The notes beneath the pieces were generated by a model. The model had not been told where the DNA came from. It worked only from the letters and a program-made list of their open reading frames with translations, and searched no databases. A DNA stretch of 64,000 nucleotides from Chrysomallon squamiferum. Taxonomy: Eukaryota > Animalia > Mollusca. The DNA lies in the NCBI GenBank assembly GCA_012295275.1, contig CM022665.1, positions 22,568,001-22,632,000 on the forward strand, read 5' to 3'. The position numbers and the translations under genes were made by a program. Shown one piece after another: positions 17,583 to 38,126 of this stretch. How positions within the stretch are numbered: position 1 is the stretch's first letter; the number at the start of each line of letters is the position of its first letter.

Positions 17583-20525
17583 TTACAACATGAATGGCAA
17601 ATCCAGATTCTTTTCTCCATTTCCAAAATACACAGATCCAAATTTGCGAGATCCAGGTACATGGAAAAATGTATATCCCTGCCAAAGTAAGCTGCGAAGA
17701 GTGACCAGTCCACTACCCCTTTCAAACTGTAGACTCCATGATCCTGAAAACAAAGGTATCAGTTCTGATTACAAAAATACTGAATATAATTTTGTAATAA
17801 ATTCTTAAATCAAGGTGTACCTAATTACATATACTCCAACAATGAATAAACATGGATCATCCAGTTTCAAAGTGATGAAAGTAAATAAGATTGCTGGAAT
17901 TTTGCTATACATTACAACTTAAATTGAGTAGGGATTTCGAATATTAGGAACATACCCCCCCCCCTAAAATCCCCCAATAATAATAGTAATAATAAAATTA
18001 AAAATAAAATTGCAGAAAATCATAATCAATTGTTAAAACATATTATCATAACATATTTCATCTTATGCAAATTCTGTAGGAAACTATAGTTTATAATAAA
18101 CCATTTAAAGGAATGTTAATGTTTAAAATAAGAATTAGAAATGTGACTTGAAAAATAATGTTTTAATAGTATTAATGGCTGTCTCTCTGGTTTTTACCAG
18201 TTTGCTAAAAGGGGATATTCAACAAGAGTGAACTGAAATATTATACCTTTTGGGATGTCATCTCCAAGTGCATCCAAGAAATCAACAGCTTTATCCATAT
18301 CAGCTTTCTCTAACAGTGACTTGTCACTTATTATCTTGGGCTCACGGAAGTGGAAATAGCTGCAAAGTTTGGCAGCTTCTTGGACATTCAGACCTTAAAA
18401 ACAAAATGTATAGAAATAAAATTATTATTTTATGTACAATAGTATAAGAAATATAAAAATATAAACAATTATTTATTATTGGTAATTACAAAAATATGTA
18501 GGAATATTATATTTAAAATCCACCAAAGTTTATATTCAGTATTAATGTTACTTACAATTAAAAGCATATTCTTACATCCGGTATTTTATTTTGAAATTAC
18601 TTAAAAAGTCAGAACCAGGCAAGCTATATAAAATAAAACTGAAAGGACTTCAAATGAAATACATGAGTAAAAAAGGTGAAAATAATTATTTTAAAATCAA
18701 AATATGAGTTAGTAACTTAAAAACTTCAGTTTAATGTACAAGTTAGTAGCTTCAAAACTTCTATTTAATGTAGGAGCCATTACCTTCAAAACTTCGGTTT
18801 GCTACAACTTCCCCTGTGGGTGTTTTGATGAAGGCTCCTCTAGGTACAGTTCTCACATCTTCATCAATTTCACTAATGACCGATGCCAAACGATCTTCTT
18901 CCTTGATGGTGATCTAAAAATAAAAATAACACAATAAGATGGGACTACATTTCTTGTAATTTACTACATCTCACATACTGTGTTTAAAGAAATCCAAATT
19001 AACAAAATAAAATAAATTAACATGAAATAAAATTGTCTGATACAAATGTAAAACAAAGTTAGAAGGACAAAACTAATTTGAGTAAATAGTAGAAAGATAC
19101 CCAGTTTTATGTGTCAAGTGTAGACTGTCAGTAGAGATATACTGTTATATACTAGCTGATTTTGGTAAATTTTAAAATTTGTATCTCCAGTTTGTTGAAA
19201 AATGAAAACAAACAAACAAATATGCATGTTTATTTCATTGATCTTAATAACTGCATGTGAATTTTTATAATTACAGGAACATACAACTGATACACAACAA
19301 AAAATTAATCTGTTGATTCAATACATCATAACTTGTTGCCCATTTTATGTGCAGTCAGATAGATCAGAAAATCAGAAGTGCTGATTGTAAAATGGTCTTT
19401 CATAACAACTGTTGGAAAATGTTTTTCAGTTAGCACACCCTTGACTCCCTAATATCATTCAGCCTGCTTCATTTCCAACCATTCCATAAGACTGAAAAGA
19501 ATTTTAATCTGCAATACACACTGAGTGGATGATAGGAAAAACAATTTTACTGCCCTCCCCTCTGTTAAGTTAGTGATATTGCTCACTTTGGAAACCACTA
19601 ATTTATATTACTTAGTCTACATAAAATTGTGTAAAAGATGGAAATCTTCAACTCACTGTCTCTTCTTCCTCTGTTACATCTTCACCTTCCCCAATCTTTT
19701 TAATTTCAACATGTTCATATTCATTAGATGGGTCACCAAGAAATCTTCCTTTAGCCAGCTTACTCTGGTCTTTCATCTGCTGGGTAGCTGGAGGAAGTAA
19801 CCCCCAGTGGATACAGTCTTTGCTATAGATGTGAGAAAAATTCAATAAGTAATCATTAAAATATTTTGAAAAATTATTAGTAAATTACATTTAAATATTG
19901 TAAAACATTTAAGCATCCCAACATATTTAGTAATAGGTCAGTTGTAAGTGAGAAATGGGCACAAAACCACATTTAAAAGTAACTGCAAATGTAACATATG
20001 GTCAGTGATTAACTGGTTGCTATAACAACCTTGAAATAAATGGTATTTAGATGTTTCCAAACTAAACAAATGAAGTTACAATTAACGCTACATACAGATC
20101 GTAAACTGTTTGTGACAATACTGGTTAATTAAAATATATCTGCATTACAAAAAACAACAACAATAAAACAGAAAGAAAAAATGTCTAAAAATATCATTAC
20201 AAATGTTAGAAATAGCTTGTTTATAACTCTTATGAAAAGATGCAAAATTAATGTAAACGAATAAGATAAAGAATATTCAACAAAATGATTATTAGTACCT
20301 GTAAAATGTCCTTTTCCCTTTAAATTCATTTTTTCCAACGCCTTGTGCAATAAAGTAATCATCTTTGGTGCCAATTATTTTACCCCAGAAGTAAACTTTG
20401 TGAAATCTGTTTTCGTTCTGTAGTATCACAAGCGATGTTTGGAGAGCGGCTTTTTGCTCTGGACTAAGAAGTATCCCGCTTGTTCCAACATAATCTATAT
20501 TTAGGTGAAGGCCCTCTGACTCCAT
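17583..20525 (-). CDS. RSPH9: Radial spoke head protein 9; 5 exons, 276 aa
   Basis: Exons 20299-20525, 19657-19822, 18784-18913, 18247-18393 and 17583-17743 are GT-AG and in frame. Motifs include LSPEQKAALQTSL, FWGKIIG..DDYFIAQG, KGRFLGDPS.EYEH, IKEEDRLA, GSWSLQFERGSG.V.LRSLLW and the C-terminal GEKNLDLPFML*. Confidence 0.96.
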
Positions 20526-20997
20526 ACTTTCTTATATGTCAAATGCAATTCGTGAGATGGAATATGTTTCTCAACAGCTAGAGTTTGTCTGCTTCTAAAC
20601 TGTTTTGATTAGCGTTGCCATGTAATCAATGCGTGCGCACACTACTGTTTCCGTAACTAAGATTATTATTTCCGGTTTGATAAGAAATACGAAAACTACT
20701 TTCCCTATTACAGATTTATACTTATCTGAATTTAAACAACAAGCTAAAAATGTAATTATAGATTTTATAATTTCGTAACTATATTTTTAAAAAATTGTTA
20801 AAAGTAATGAACATTACATGACCCCCGAATCTGATTTTTATATAGAATTTGCAATAAATAAACGACAGTTCTGGAAATGATAGCCTATTTTATATGGTCG
20901 AAATGTTTCGGAATATCTCGGATATCCCCGTTTATTCCCGGACCATACAATAAAATCTGCACACTTCCGGATTATCTTTTCGTACGCAGTTTGTATC
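20526..20997. promoter_or_regulatory. Probable bidirectional promoter of RSPH9 and NUDT22
   Basis: There are 472 bp between the divergent ATGs, enriched in CpG relative to the flanks. Motifs: X-box-like GTTGCCATGTAAT (20614-20626), NRF1-like TGCGTGCGCA (20630-20639), ETS-like ACTTCCGG (20963-20970). Confidence 0.6.
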
Positions 20998-21517
20998 ATG
21001 GATCCACATGTCAGAATTATGTTTGTGATTTCCGCATCAAAATTTCTGACACGAAAAACATTGAAAGTTAAAATTTCAAACCTTTACAACAGAAAGCTCT
21101 TACCAAACGATAAAGAAGAAGCCATAGAAAATATCTGGAAAAAACGGATTAATGAAAATCCGAAACTTTATAATGGCACGAAATTCAGAATTGATTCGAT
21201 GACTGAATCATCTTTACTTAATGTCGGCGTCACATGTTATAAAGATTACATTGGTACGAACTGGTCTCCATGCGTTAAACAGCTACATGATCTTGGACAA
21301 ACTGAACATAATAACCCGCAAGCTTTCATGTCCGACCCTCTCGGAGTTGGGTCGCTAGTTCTGACATCAGACCAACAAGTCATTTTTCTGAAACGTAGCA
21401 AACACTGTGCCGAGGCCTCAGATCTCTGGGATGTTCCCGGTGGTCACGCAGAACCAGAGGTAAAGACTATCTGTGTATTGATATTAATACTGTAGACTAG
21501 CTGAAAGGTGATGCTGA

Positions 21518-21567
<50 letters not shown>

Positions 21568-23461
21568 ATGTATTGTTGGTGATATGAATAAAAATAGCTT
21601 AAATGTATTTGGTATGTTTATATAGTTAATCTGACTTCACTTTTAAAAATAATATTGCCACTATAAATTTGTGAATTTAGGATTAATCAACTTCATTGGT
21701 AATATAATTTTGCCATACATTATCGTTAGCAAAGATTGAATTAACGACTAAAGGTGGAAACTGAATGTGGATAAGAATATAATTTATGCAAGTTAAAGAT
21801 AGACAAATAATTTCATTCAAATAGTGTGTCATTTACCCACTTTTTTTTTTTAGCAGTAAAAAGAATTTAAGGAGAAATTGGTTATAAAAATACTTTTAAT
21901 AAGAAAGACTTTTGTATTAAATCTTAGGAAACCGTAAATGACATTAATATTAATGTATAACTACGATGATCAGTCCAGACAATTGATATAAGACAATAGG
22001 TATATATTTTTTTATGATCAGTAATTAATCAGGTGTGACAGAGACCCTGGAGAAGATAAGTTAATAAACTTAAGACATTAATTATGGTTCGGTACGTATA
22101 CAGTTACGTGGTAAGAAAGTAAGTAATGGCTTGCTGTCACTAATGAAACGTCCACGAGTTCACTGCATTCCTTCACATTTTAGTAGTATTTAATTAACTA
22201 ATTTAATGGATTACGTTTGCTTAATTTTGTTTTGCTTCTATGAACTATTTTGGATTGATCACTATAAGAAATCCGATTTTGATTAGGCCTAGAGATTAGT
22301 TTTATCGACGTAATGGTTTCATTAGTCATTGTTTCTCACCTCAATATGACAAATGTATTCAGACTGTTACAAAGCTGGTTACATTTCGTTACGTAACAGT
22401 GCGAATTAACAACCAAACAAGTTGATTTTTAAAGTTCCTTAATTTTTAATTTTTTTTATGTTTTTCTATTTTTAAGCCAAAAACAGACGCTTTATTTCTG
22501 GTTTCATTATATCTGTGCGTGTATATAGATTTGTTCATGAATATGTTATTATAACTATTGCAGTGGGAATTTTTTGGAAGTGCATAAATAAATAATAAAT
22601 GCATTAGTTGCTTGTGTTTATTTGCTTCAAGGAGCTGGTGGGCAAGAAATCATTTGAAGAAACTAAAGCAAGTTATATGTCTCCAGACGCGGTAGTGAAC
22701 GAAATCTTTGACTCTATTATCCGAGAAATCCATGACGAGGTTAATCTTCCTGAAATTAATCTGTCAGATCCAGAACTATTCGGAATTGCACGGAACACGA
22801 CGAGTGGCAACAGACCGAGCATGGAGTTTCTAGTAAAGTAATTCTGTTCAAAATCAGTCACTAATTTACTTGTTTAGTTTAACCTCAAGACATTTTTAAA
22901 TTTGAAAAAAAAAAAAAAAAAAAAAAATAATAATAATAATAATAATAATAACAATAATAATAATAATAATAATAAACATTAAAAAAAAAAAAAACCAACG
23001 ACAACAACAAAACATACAAAGAAAATAACAACAAAATAAAACATCATGACTGATTTAAATTGTCAAACTGCGGGCCCGCAGGTCTTTCTGAATGGCAAGC
23101 CTAATTTCACGAGAAAATTAACGTTTATTAGTAGTGCAACCCGCCTGGTGATGAGCTGCATCTTCTCGAAAAGCTGCCCGCGCCTGCTCTAAATATATAT
23201 TTTGTATTTCGAAATTATTAATTATTTATTTATTTTAGATGTAATCTCAGTTCCCAAGAAGTCTTGTCTCTCTATAAACAAGGAAGCCAAGCGGAAGCTG
23301 ACGAATCTACAAATATAATGCTACTGCCACTGGACAGGGTGTTAAATATGCAAACACAGGAACCGGAAGTCTGGAAAACGCTTGCGCCAGCCGCTAAAGG
23401 ATGCATTATACTTTACCGCCTTTCTCAAAACGAGAGTAATCAAAGCTTTACATCCAAGTGA
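20998..23461 (+). CDS. NUDT22: Nudix hydrolase NUDT22 (UDP-glucose pyrophosphatase-like); 3 exons, 296 aa
   Basis: Exons 20998-21459, 22632-22837 and 23239-23461 are phase-consistent. Motifs include LYNGTKFR, GVTCYKDYIGTNW, SDPLGVG, DVPGGHAEPE, EIFDSIIREIHDEVNLP, GIARN.TSG.RPS.EF and EADEST. Confidence 0.93.
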
Positions 23462-25278
23462 TCTCGAAATCTGATACTATATGTCATATCAGATATCTAT
23501 AAAAGTGCCTTATATTTATTTGATTTCTGTGATAAATGACAAACTGAACTCCATTTTGAGGGATTATTTTTTTCTTAATGATGAAACTCGTTTCATTGTT
23601 AAAGTTATATGAAAGCCTAAACAATAAGAACTGAGGTGGGGAAAAAAAAAAAAAAAAAACCTCCAACAACTGATAGTTGATATTTAAAAATTCTTTAAAG
23701 ATTCGTTAATCTGTTTCAGTTGTAAATATTTCTTTGTCTGTCTAGCGTTATTGTTATTGTTACACAGACAGGAGGGTTGATGATATGTTATTTTTAGTGT
23801 TCCATTTGAGGGATATAAAGGATATTTATCTTGTTATTGAGGGTAATTATAATGGATTTTTATACTTTTATTAGGATAATCAAAGATAGGTTTGTGGGAA
23901 AAAATTATTTTTTTGTTACTTGAAAAAAATATTTTGTTTGGGTATAATTTTTTACATTCATGTTTATATATTTTATAATATAAACTATTTTTTATTTAGT
24001 GTTAACTGTAATGATTAAGTTGTTAAACCATAATGCAATAAAATATAACTCTTTATTTTGACATCGTATTTTGTTATTATTCAGCTCTAGCAGTAGAATT
24101 GTTTTCAGCAATTTCACTTTTATTAACCAATTAATTAATTACAAATCACAACAACAGTTTTTTTTTGGTTGTTTGTTTTACTCAAATGAAACTGCTTGTT
24201 GTTACATTAAACTTTCCGCCAGAAGTTTAGAAATTTTACAAATTAATAATACTACTGTAATTATTAATAATAATTAAATGCCGCGAGATCGATGAAGACT
24301 TTTGTACGTTGTGACACATCAACATCGGCGGAGGGGAAAAGAAAAACATAAAAAAAATCACATAGTTACTGCATTAATATAATTTATTATATCTTCTAAA
24401 AATAAAAAAAAAATAAAAAAAACTACACCTAACTATAATTTCGCTATTAAAAAACCCCAAAAGAACATAAAAATATTTTTAGGATCAAAAACAGTTCTTA
24501 TTTTCATATTGTGTTTAATACTGAAATGATAAAATCATAGTTAAGATTATCGCAGTCATAATTAAATACCATTACTAACATCGTAATGATAAATTTGGTA
24601 CAGATCCTATAGACATTATTGAGTATAGTTTGTTTAGCCCTGTGGGTGCACTGTTAATAAATATACACCAAATACAAAAATACATATTTATTTATCTTTA
24701 TCACGGTTATTAATATCCCAGTAGAAAAAAGATTGATTAAAACATTTTTTTTTATAAATAAAAAGAGATATATTAAAGGTTAAAATTATATAAAATATAT
24801 TATTTCAAATTTTTTTCTCGTCTTTTTCTAGTTATTTATATAGAAAATATTTTTAAAAATTATTGCATATTTTTCATATGAATGCTACAGAATAAAATAA
24901 TAGTAGTAATAATGAAGAAGAAGAAGAATATATGTTCTCAGTTACCGCTGTGTAACTGTTATCAATCAGTTAATCGTTAAGAAACATTATTAATTTGAGT
25001 AATAAATAATTTATAATTAAACAGATCATTATTACTGCTAAACAACTTAAAGATAAAATTCTATACAATATACTGCCGATTTTTTTTGTATTTTATTTAG
25101 TTTTGTTTTTTACGTTTTAAATTCTCATTTATTGAAATAAATAAGCTAAAATAACCATTTATTTATTTGTAAACTATTCTAAATGAATACCATTTTTAAA
25201 AATATAATTACTAATATATAAAGATATAAATGCATAGTTCATGAAATGAAATAAAATGTAAAAACCAATTTTAAAAAA

Positions 25279-29653
<4,375 letters not shown>

Positions 29654-29828
29654 GATTTTGTTTTAATGTACGTGTTTCGTTCCTGACATCCATAATAAGT
29701 GTATATGGATGTGGAAGCCGAACAGGAATTTCAATTCATTATTGAAATAGGCTGATACCGCTTAAAGAATCGCTATAGATTCATGATGAGTAACATTGAC
29801 ATTTGGATACGGTTTCTTTTTACATGAT

Positions 29829-29863
29829 TGACGTCAAATCTGACATTTTCACAAATGACGTCA
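29829..29863. promoter_or_regulatory. Pair of perfect CRE palindromes upstream of paralog B
   Basis: TGACGTCA at 29829-29836 and 29856-29863, about 175-210 bp 5' of the ATG at 29653. Confidence 0.55.
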
Positions 29864-30670
29864 CTGACTTCATCTACATGAAAATAGCATTGAAACTTAA
29901 AATAAATGAACGAACGAACAAATAAAAAAATAATTAATAATAATAAAAATAAATAAATACAAAAATAAATAAATTGATAAATAAAATAAAATAAAATAAA
30001 ATAAAATAAAATAAAATATTGATACCTGCGTGACGTAGCAACAGATGGTTACTAATTTTATTTTCATGGAAATTTTGTTGAGAATCCATCAATTTCATGG
30101 ATATACTAATATAAACTAACCCGTTTTACGCGACTAAGAACGAGATAGTGGTGGGAGATCATCCTACACACATCCATCATGATGTGTTTATTAAACATTT
30201 TAAATTTAAATAAATAGCATTAAAATAATAATAATAAATAAATAAATAAATGATACAGCTGCCAGATTTATTTTCACCAGTCTTAAATATTACATAACTT
30301 CATGCATGATGTTGTCATTTTAAACACAAAACAAATTATAATGTATAAATATACATTGCGATTGCTGTTAACAAAACCATTGAAGAGCAGATAAAAAACT
30401 ATCTATTTGTAATGATCCAGCGGGATAACTTTTCCATTTATACGATTTTGTTATCACTAAATGTAGAAATAATTTTTTATTCCATGTCATATTTTGTCAT
30501 CATCGTGTCTTTTTTTGTCAGCGATGGGCGAGTGTCTAGGGCTGATATCCAGGGTATATAGATGTTTTGAGAGCTTTACGATTTACGCTGGATTCCTTGC
30601 TGCCATCACATTTGCAACTCCTTTTTATTTAATACAATAAATTTCACTGCGATACTGTCATTCTTCTTTT

Positions 30671-32751
<2,081 letters not shown>

Positions 32752-32883
32752 GTCTTTCGTACTTTATTTGTGTGTGGATACCATGACCTGGATGAAATTT
32801 CAGTAGTATAGCATATAATGAGAGTGAAGAAAAATTAAGACTGTAAAGCAAAATAACACAATGAAATCCCCAATTTACCATAT

Positions 32884-32913
32884 TGACGTCATGAAACATA
32901 CTGCTTTACGTCA
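32884..32913. promoter_or_regulatory. Pair of CRE/bZIP motifs upstream of paralog A
   Basis: TGACGTCA at 32884-32891 and TTACGTCA at 32906-32913, about 130-160 bp 5' of the ATG at 32751. Confidence 0.55.
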
Positions 32914-33539
32914 TGAGATTCCTAGGAACTTTTTAGACAGGCGCTTCGAAGGTCGAAACTACAGAGTAATTAGGTGCTTTCTGAGAATTTTCATTTGAAT
33001 TAAACAATGAAAACATTTAGTTATAGCTAGCAAATGTACATAATAATATACATCAAAATTGAAATAATAATAATAACAAAAGGTGTTATTAGTTGTCAAA
33101 TTTTCATTATTTGTGCGATTAACATATACATTGTTACGTGTGGCAAATGTATTTTTCATATATCTTAGAACCTTTCTTTTTCCATTTATGTTTTGAGCAC
33201 ACTAATAACATACACGTAAATCAGTAAACAATGTTCCGAACACTTAGTAATACGTCCTTTTTATGTTGGCAAACTGCGCTTAACAGACGAAATAGTTCAG
33301 TTTAAAACATTGAAAAATGTTAATAAAATACGTATATTGTTTACTTTTATTTATCAGAGCAAATTTACAAACATTGTTTTTATTTTTTCTTTTTCTATTT
33401 CTATATTTTTATTGTCTTTTAGTAGACTGAACTTAAAGCTGTGACGTTTTATGTTCAGATTTGAAGGTATGTGTTACAGTAACAAATGCTGGTATGAAAC
33501 AAACCTGAATGGATAAAAATGTGCCAACACTGTGATGAC

Positions 33540-33770
33540 GTCAGTGTAGTTTGAAGTTGCTAACTCTGCTGATGCCATCAGGGAACTTGTTGGGGTTTTT
33601 TTGGAAGCAGGTTTATCTTTTATTTGAAGGAAGCCATTTAGGACCAAACTATGGAAAACAAATCCGAGCACCTCTTCCTCACCATCAAAAATGCTTTCAC
33701 AGTCAGCATTGCTATGAGGCAGACTCAGCAGTGCTGTGTATATTTGCTTTATCTGAGGGAATCTTGTCCT
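33540..33770 (-). mobile_element. Relic of a hAT transposase C-terminal dimerisation domain
   Basis: The minus-strand translation TRFPQIKQIYTALLSLPHSNADCESIF, then a frameshift to MVRK, matches the hATC signature (FP.L....L.LP.SNA..ER.FS). Confidence 0.68.
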
Positions 33771-36012
33771 ATAAAAAGGAATAAATTATTCTGATTCTCA
33801 CTATGCCGTTATGGCAAAATAACCTCAATTAGAATAAGTAAAAACTGTAAATTTAAAGAAAATTTAATTCTGTACATTATTCCACATTGTGAATTTAAAT
33901 TAACTTCTGTATATTAATTATCTACATTGTCAAGATTAATAGTGGTGTTATTTCTAACAGATTTATTATTTTTCTGTTAACTTTTCTACCATTTTAGTCT
34001 ATTAAATGGAGGGCCCACTGCACTTCAATTTATTTGTCACTTGCTTCATCCTAGTTATAATATTTCTCTTGCCAGTTAATTCTGCCTTTATATTACTTCA
34101 TTCAGGCTTTCACATCATTAATATTTATCTGTACTGTTGATATTTACACTATTAAGACGATTTATTCATTGCATCATACAGCACCACACTGAGCTTCAAG
34201 AATACATTATTTATCATCTAAAAACATATACAAATACTTTTATCACATCTTTCACATGCTGGTATAACATACAACAAAACTGCAAACAAATAATTAATGC
34301 CTTTATTACACAATAAATGCAAGCCACAAAACTGCAGTTTGAGACGTCTGAACAAAACAACACCACAAAATGAAAGCTTACAATTAATTATGTGATTTTC
34401 ATTTTAACAACACTAAATCATATAGAAAGTAAATGATGTGGTTTTATATACTGATACAGTTACATATCTACTACACATTAAAAATAATACAGTGTAATAA
34501 TAAGAACTGTACAGCTGTTGGGTGGTTTGGGGTCGGGTTTTAAAAAAAACTCATAATACATTAAATATTTAGCTCCACTTTCCCTGATTGTTTCCAAACA
34601 ATCCACAGATTATAATGTAAAACTTTCAGATATATAATGATGTACAAATATTGACTGTAACTAAGTTTCATTTGGCTTCTAAAGAAAAAAAAATATTTTA
34701 AGTAAATAGCTACATTTAATACTTGAAAATGACCTAGTATTTTGGTGGATATATCAAAATAAAATTTATAATCAACATAATACTAGTATTTACAAATGTG
34801 TTAATCAAAATAAATTATTTATTTTGGCTTAAGAGGTAATCACAGCCAGCATGGCATGTAATAAAAAACATATCATAACTGTAAATACATTACATACTTA
34901 TAACACACAGTACTTGCATGAATATGTATCAAATGAACTGGTATTTAAATATTTAATGAAATGAAACTGGAAAATCATATATTATAGTATTCATGAGCTA
35001 GATAAACTAAGATATAACTTACTATCAAATTCTACACAGAGTTTAAGAAGTCTGATTTTGTTATAATCAGATTTAAATATTTTGTGTTCAGAATAGCAAT
35101 GTGATAAATTCAAATCATTTAGCTTATACTATAAAGTATAAATCTCTGAAAATTCATTTTTCTGCAAAGCCAGAAAGGTTATGAGTTTCACAGTAAAGAA
35201 ATAAAGAAATGTTTTTTTTTTTAAACTTTGTATTTTTTATCTACAGTTTTATGCAATATAAATTTGATCAAGAACCATCAGAGAAGAAAAGTTCTGCAGA
35301 ACTGTGCTTTAAATTCCACTGAGCTATAGTGAAATCTGCATCAGTGACACTAACATACATCACAGCAAAGTGTACAGAAAAGTTACAAACATAACTATTC
35401 ATAGCAAAATGTAACAACCGGAACAAAAATAAAATGTATCTGAAAGTTAACTGACAGAAATTCATTAATGATGTATAATTTTAGCATTTTGAGAACAGAA
35501 ACTAGCTAATTCATTCTACAAAGTGGAAAAATGCGTTCATTAACAGACATCCTATCCATATAGAGTATATCAACAGGTATTGGTGCAAAAAGGATTATTC
35601 AGATATATATCTAAGTGTTGCTACAATAATTCAAAAACATTCTTTATCTATTTAAAAAATAAAGGTTCAATATTCATGGTATACAAATAAAACAATATTT
35701 CAAGCAAAACAAATGATTATTATTATTTTATAAATAAATAAATAAATAAATAAATAGTATTAATAATAATAAAGTACTGAATATCAGTAATTTTAAACAA
35801 GAACACACTTATTCAAACTCACAAAGTAAGACTTGAGTTAAATTTCTACAAATGTAATTCAAGAATAGTTATCTGACTTGATATCATAGTGAAAATTATT
35901 CAGCTGTACAAATTCTATATACATGCTCATATGATAAACTAAAAATCTGATAAAATTAATAAATGAACAAATGTACACTGGGTTTTTCTGATTCACTGTT
36001 TATTCAAATTTC

Positions 36013-36157
36013 ATTTTAATTATTTTACTAGTAGTACACAGTACTTTTAATTTTATAAATATGTAAGTAGTGTTTCCTGTTTGTGGAAAAAAATGTACAA
36101 TAATACTACTAATAGTCACAAATATAACAAATTGTATACATAATCTGCTGACATAAA
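36013..36157. repeat. Diverged direct repeat, copy 1 (copy 2 at 40199-40321)
   Basis: Shared ordered blocks: attttaattattttactagta, atgtaagtagtgtttcct, taatagtcacaaatata, ataatctgctgacataaa. Confidence 0.85.
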
Positions 36158-36928
36158 CCATCTGTTGTCTAGTATATATTTCTCAAAAAATAAAAAACAA
36201 AGATGGAAAAAAAAATGCTTGTGAATACCAGGAATGCTAAAATATTATCTTAACTAAAGTCAAAGAATATATATATAATACATAGTTGTCATAATTGTCA
36301 TAAATGTAATGGTAGTTTTTACTGTCATTCTGCTCTCAGCAACAGATAAATCCGTTTGGTTCATCTATATAATATTACATTCACAATAAAAAAAAATTAA
36401 AAAAAAAATTTCAAAATGGTATTAAGTTAAATCGTTTTTTTTTTTTAAAATAAACATCTAATTTCTATCTTAGCCAGAGTGCAATATTTAACATTAGCAT
36501 AACAAATCAATTTATATGTATTCAAAAATAGACAAATGAGTCTAGGATCAAATTTTTATTGACAAATTTTGAAGGAAGACTATTAATGTTACAATGTCAA
36601 GAGAGAATAAAAAACAATAAAGTAACCACCAAAACCCACGACCTGGCAGCAATATATCTACAACACCCACTAATTAACAATAGATTGCAGACATAAACTG
36701 GCTAAAGCATAATTTTTTTTTTTTTTTAATTTGATATTTCAGTAAATGAAACAAACAAAGAAAACTATAAAACACAGAAGATTCAAACTGTACAGAGAAA
36801 ATGTGAACAATATTAACTAATAATAATACTACAGTGTGAAAATTACTATTTGTAAAATTCTAAACAAAAGGTTATATAAATAACCTTACTTTAAAGCAGA
36901 AACGAGAAAGGTAAAAAGAACTACATTG

Positions 36929-37942
36929 CTATTCATTCCAGTTTTTAACTCTCTCCTCATCTGGAAGTACAGACCAATTAGGAGAAGGTGTGTCTGCAAC
37001 TAACCAGTTGAAATCATCAACATCATTCCAGTTGTTTCGTTTTTTGTCAAGACCAGAGAGCTTGTAGTGTTCTTCAATGTCTGGATACTCCCAGTTGTAA
37101 GGTGCAAAGAATAGTGCATTACTGTCTTCAATGACTGCCTTGCTAGTAACATGAATGTAAAATGAAGAAAGCGTTGTTGAATGAATTCGTAACTGTTGGC
37201 ATGGTGATACAAAAATGCAGTTAATACAATCCCTTATAAAAATGGAACCAGAAACTGGTCCAGTAAATACATAGCAGTTGTTAAGTTTGTTAACATGAAT
37301 AGCAGAAGGTGTTCCAAACAGCTTTACAGTACAGCTTGTTAGATTAGCAAGGGCAACATCTTTAAAATTGACGTCTGCAGCATTTTTGGAAAGTATTTTA
37401 TTAGCTCGGTCAACAAATTTGCATTCTGCTAATTCAATCATCAGATCGTTTTGATTCACTGGGGTATTTTCTACCTCATCTGAATCGTCGATGACCGGCT
37501 TCGGCTTTTTCTCTTTGCGTTGTTTGAAAGCAAAACGTTTTTTTGGCAACAATTCTCCTCTTTTATCTTGAATAAGTGACTGGAGATGCTCTATATGTTC
37601 TTTAGCTTTTCTGAGCTCGTGTGCTGGCAGAAATATCGAAGACTCCGTAACAAAGGATTGTAGTTTTGTTAACCGAGCTGAAATCCCATCGAAATGATCT
37701 GCCAGATCTTTAGGTGGAATTCTGTCACTTTCGGACAGTTGCTTTTCGATGTTCGAACGTTCTTGTGAAAAGTTACTTACAAAAAATGTTGTACTTTCTT
37801 GTTCAGATGTATGAGCATCTTTTTCAGTTTTTCTTTTCAGTAATTCAGCTTCTCTTTCTTCGTTTCTTTTCCTGATTCGGTCCGTAACTAACTGTTTTTT
37901 ATCATTCAAGTTTTCTTTGCCATTTTCTCTGACAGACTCCAT
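36929..37942 (-). CDS. TBCC: Tubulin-specific chaperone C, intronless, 337 aa
   Basis: Single ORF with likely ATG at 37942 (MESVRENG...). It has an N-terminal helical region with LLPKKRFAFK and a C-CAP/cofactor C domain (GPVSGSIFI..C..C.F...CQQLRIH, HVTSKAVIEDS, FAPYNW, NNWNDVDDFNWL...PSPNW). Confidence 0.96.
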   Translation of the reverse strand: MESVRENGKENLNDKKQLVTDRIRKRNEEREAELLKRKTEKDAHTSEQESTTFFVSNFSQERSNIEKQLSESDRIPPKDLADHFDGISARLTKLQSFVTESSIFLPAHELRKAKEHIEHLQSLIQDKRGELLPKKRFAFKQRKEKKPKPVIDDSDEVENTPVNQNDLMIELAECKFVDRANKILSKNAADVNFKDVALANLTSCTVKLFGTPSAIHVNKLNNCYVFTGPVSGSIFIRDCINCIFVSPCQQLRIHSTTLSSFYIHVTSKAVIEDSNALFFAPYNWEYPDIEEHYKLSGLDKKRNNWNDVDDFNWLVADTPSPNWSVLPDEERVKNWNE

Positions 37943-38078
37943 CTTTATTGTTCTGTGTTGTGTTCCACCAAGCACTGCGAGCATAAAAGTCAGCGTTCGT
38001 GACAACAACACATGTTCAAGCGGTGCCGCGTTGATTACATTTACGTTTTAGGCCCCAAAAGCGAGTTATAAAATACTG

Positions 38079-38126
<48 letters not shown>

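Noticed and set aside
37943-38011. N-terminal extension of TBCC given in the ORF track
   Set aside because: It begins at a non-ATG codon. The ATG at 37942 has a better context (aagATGG) and gives a typical TBCC length, although an in-frame ATG at 37984 cannot be fully excluded.
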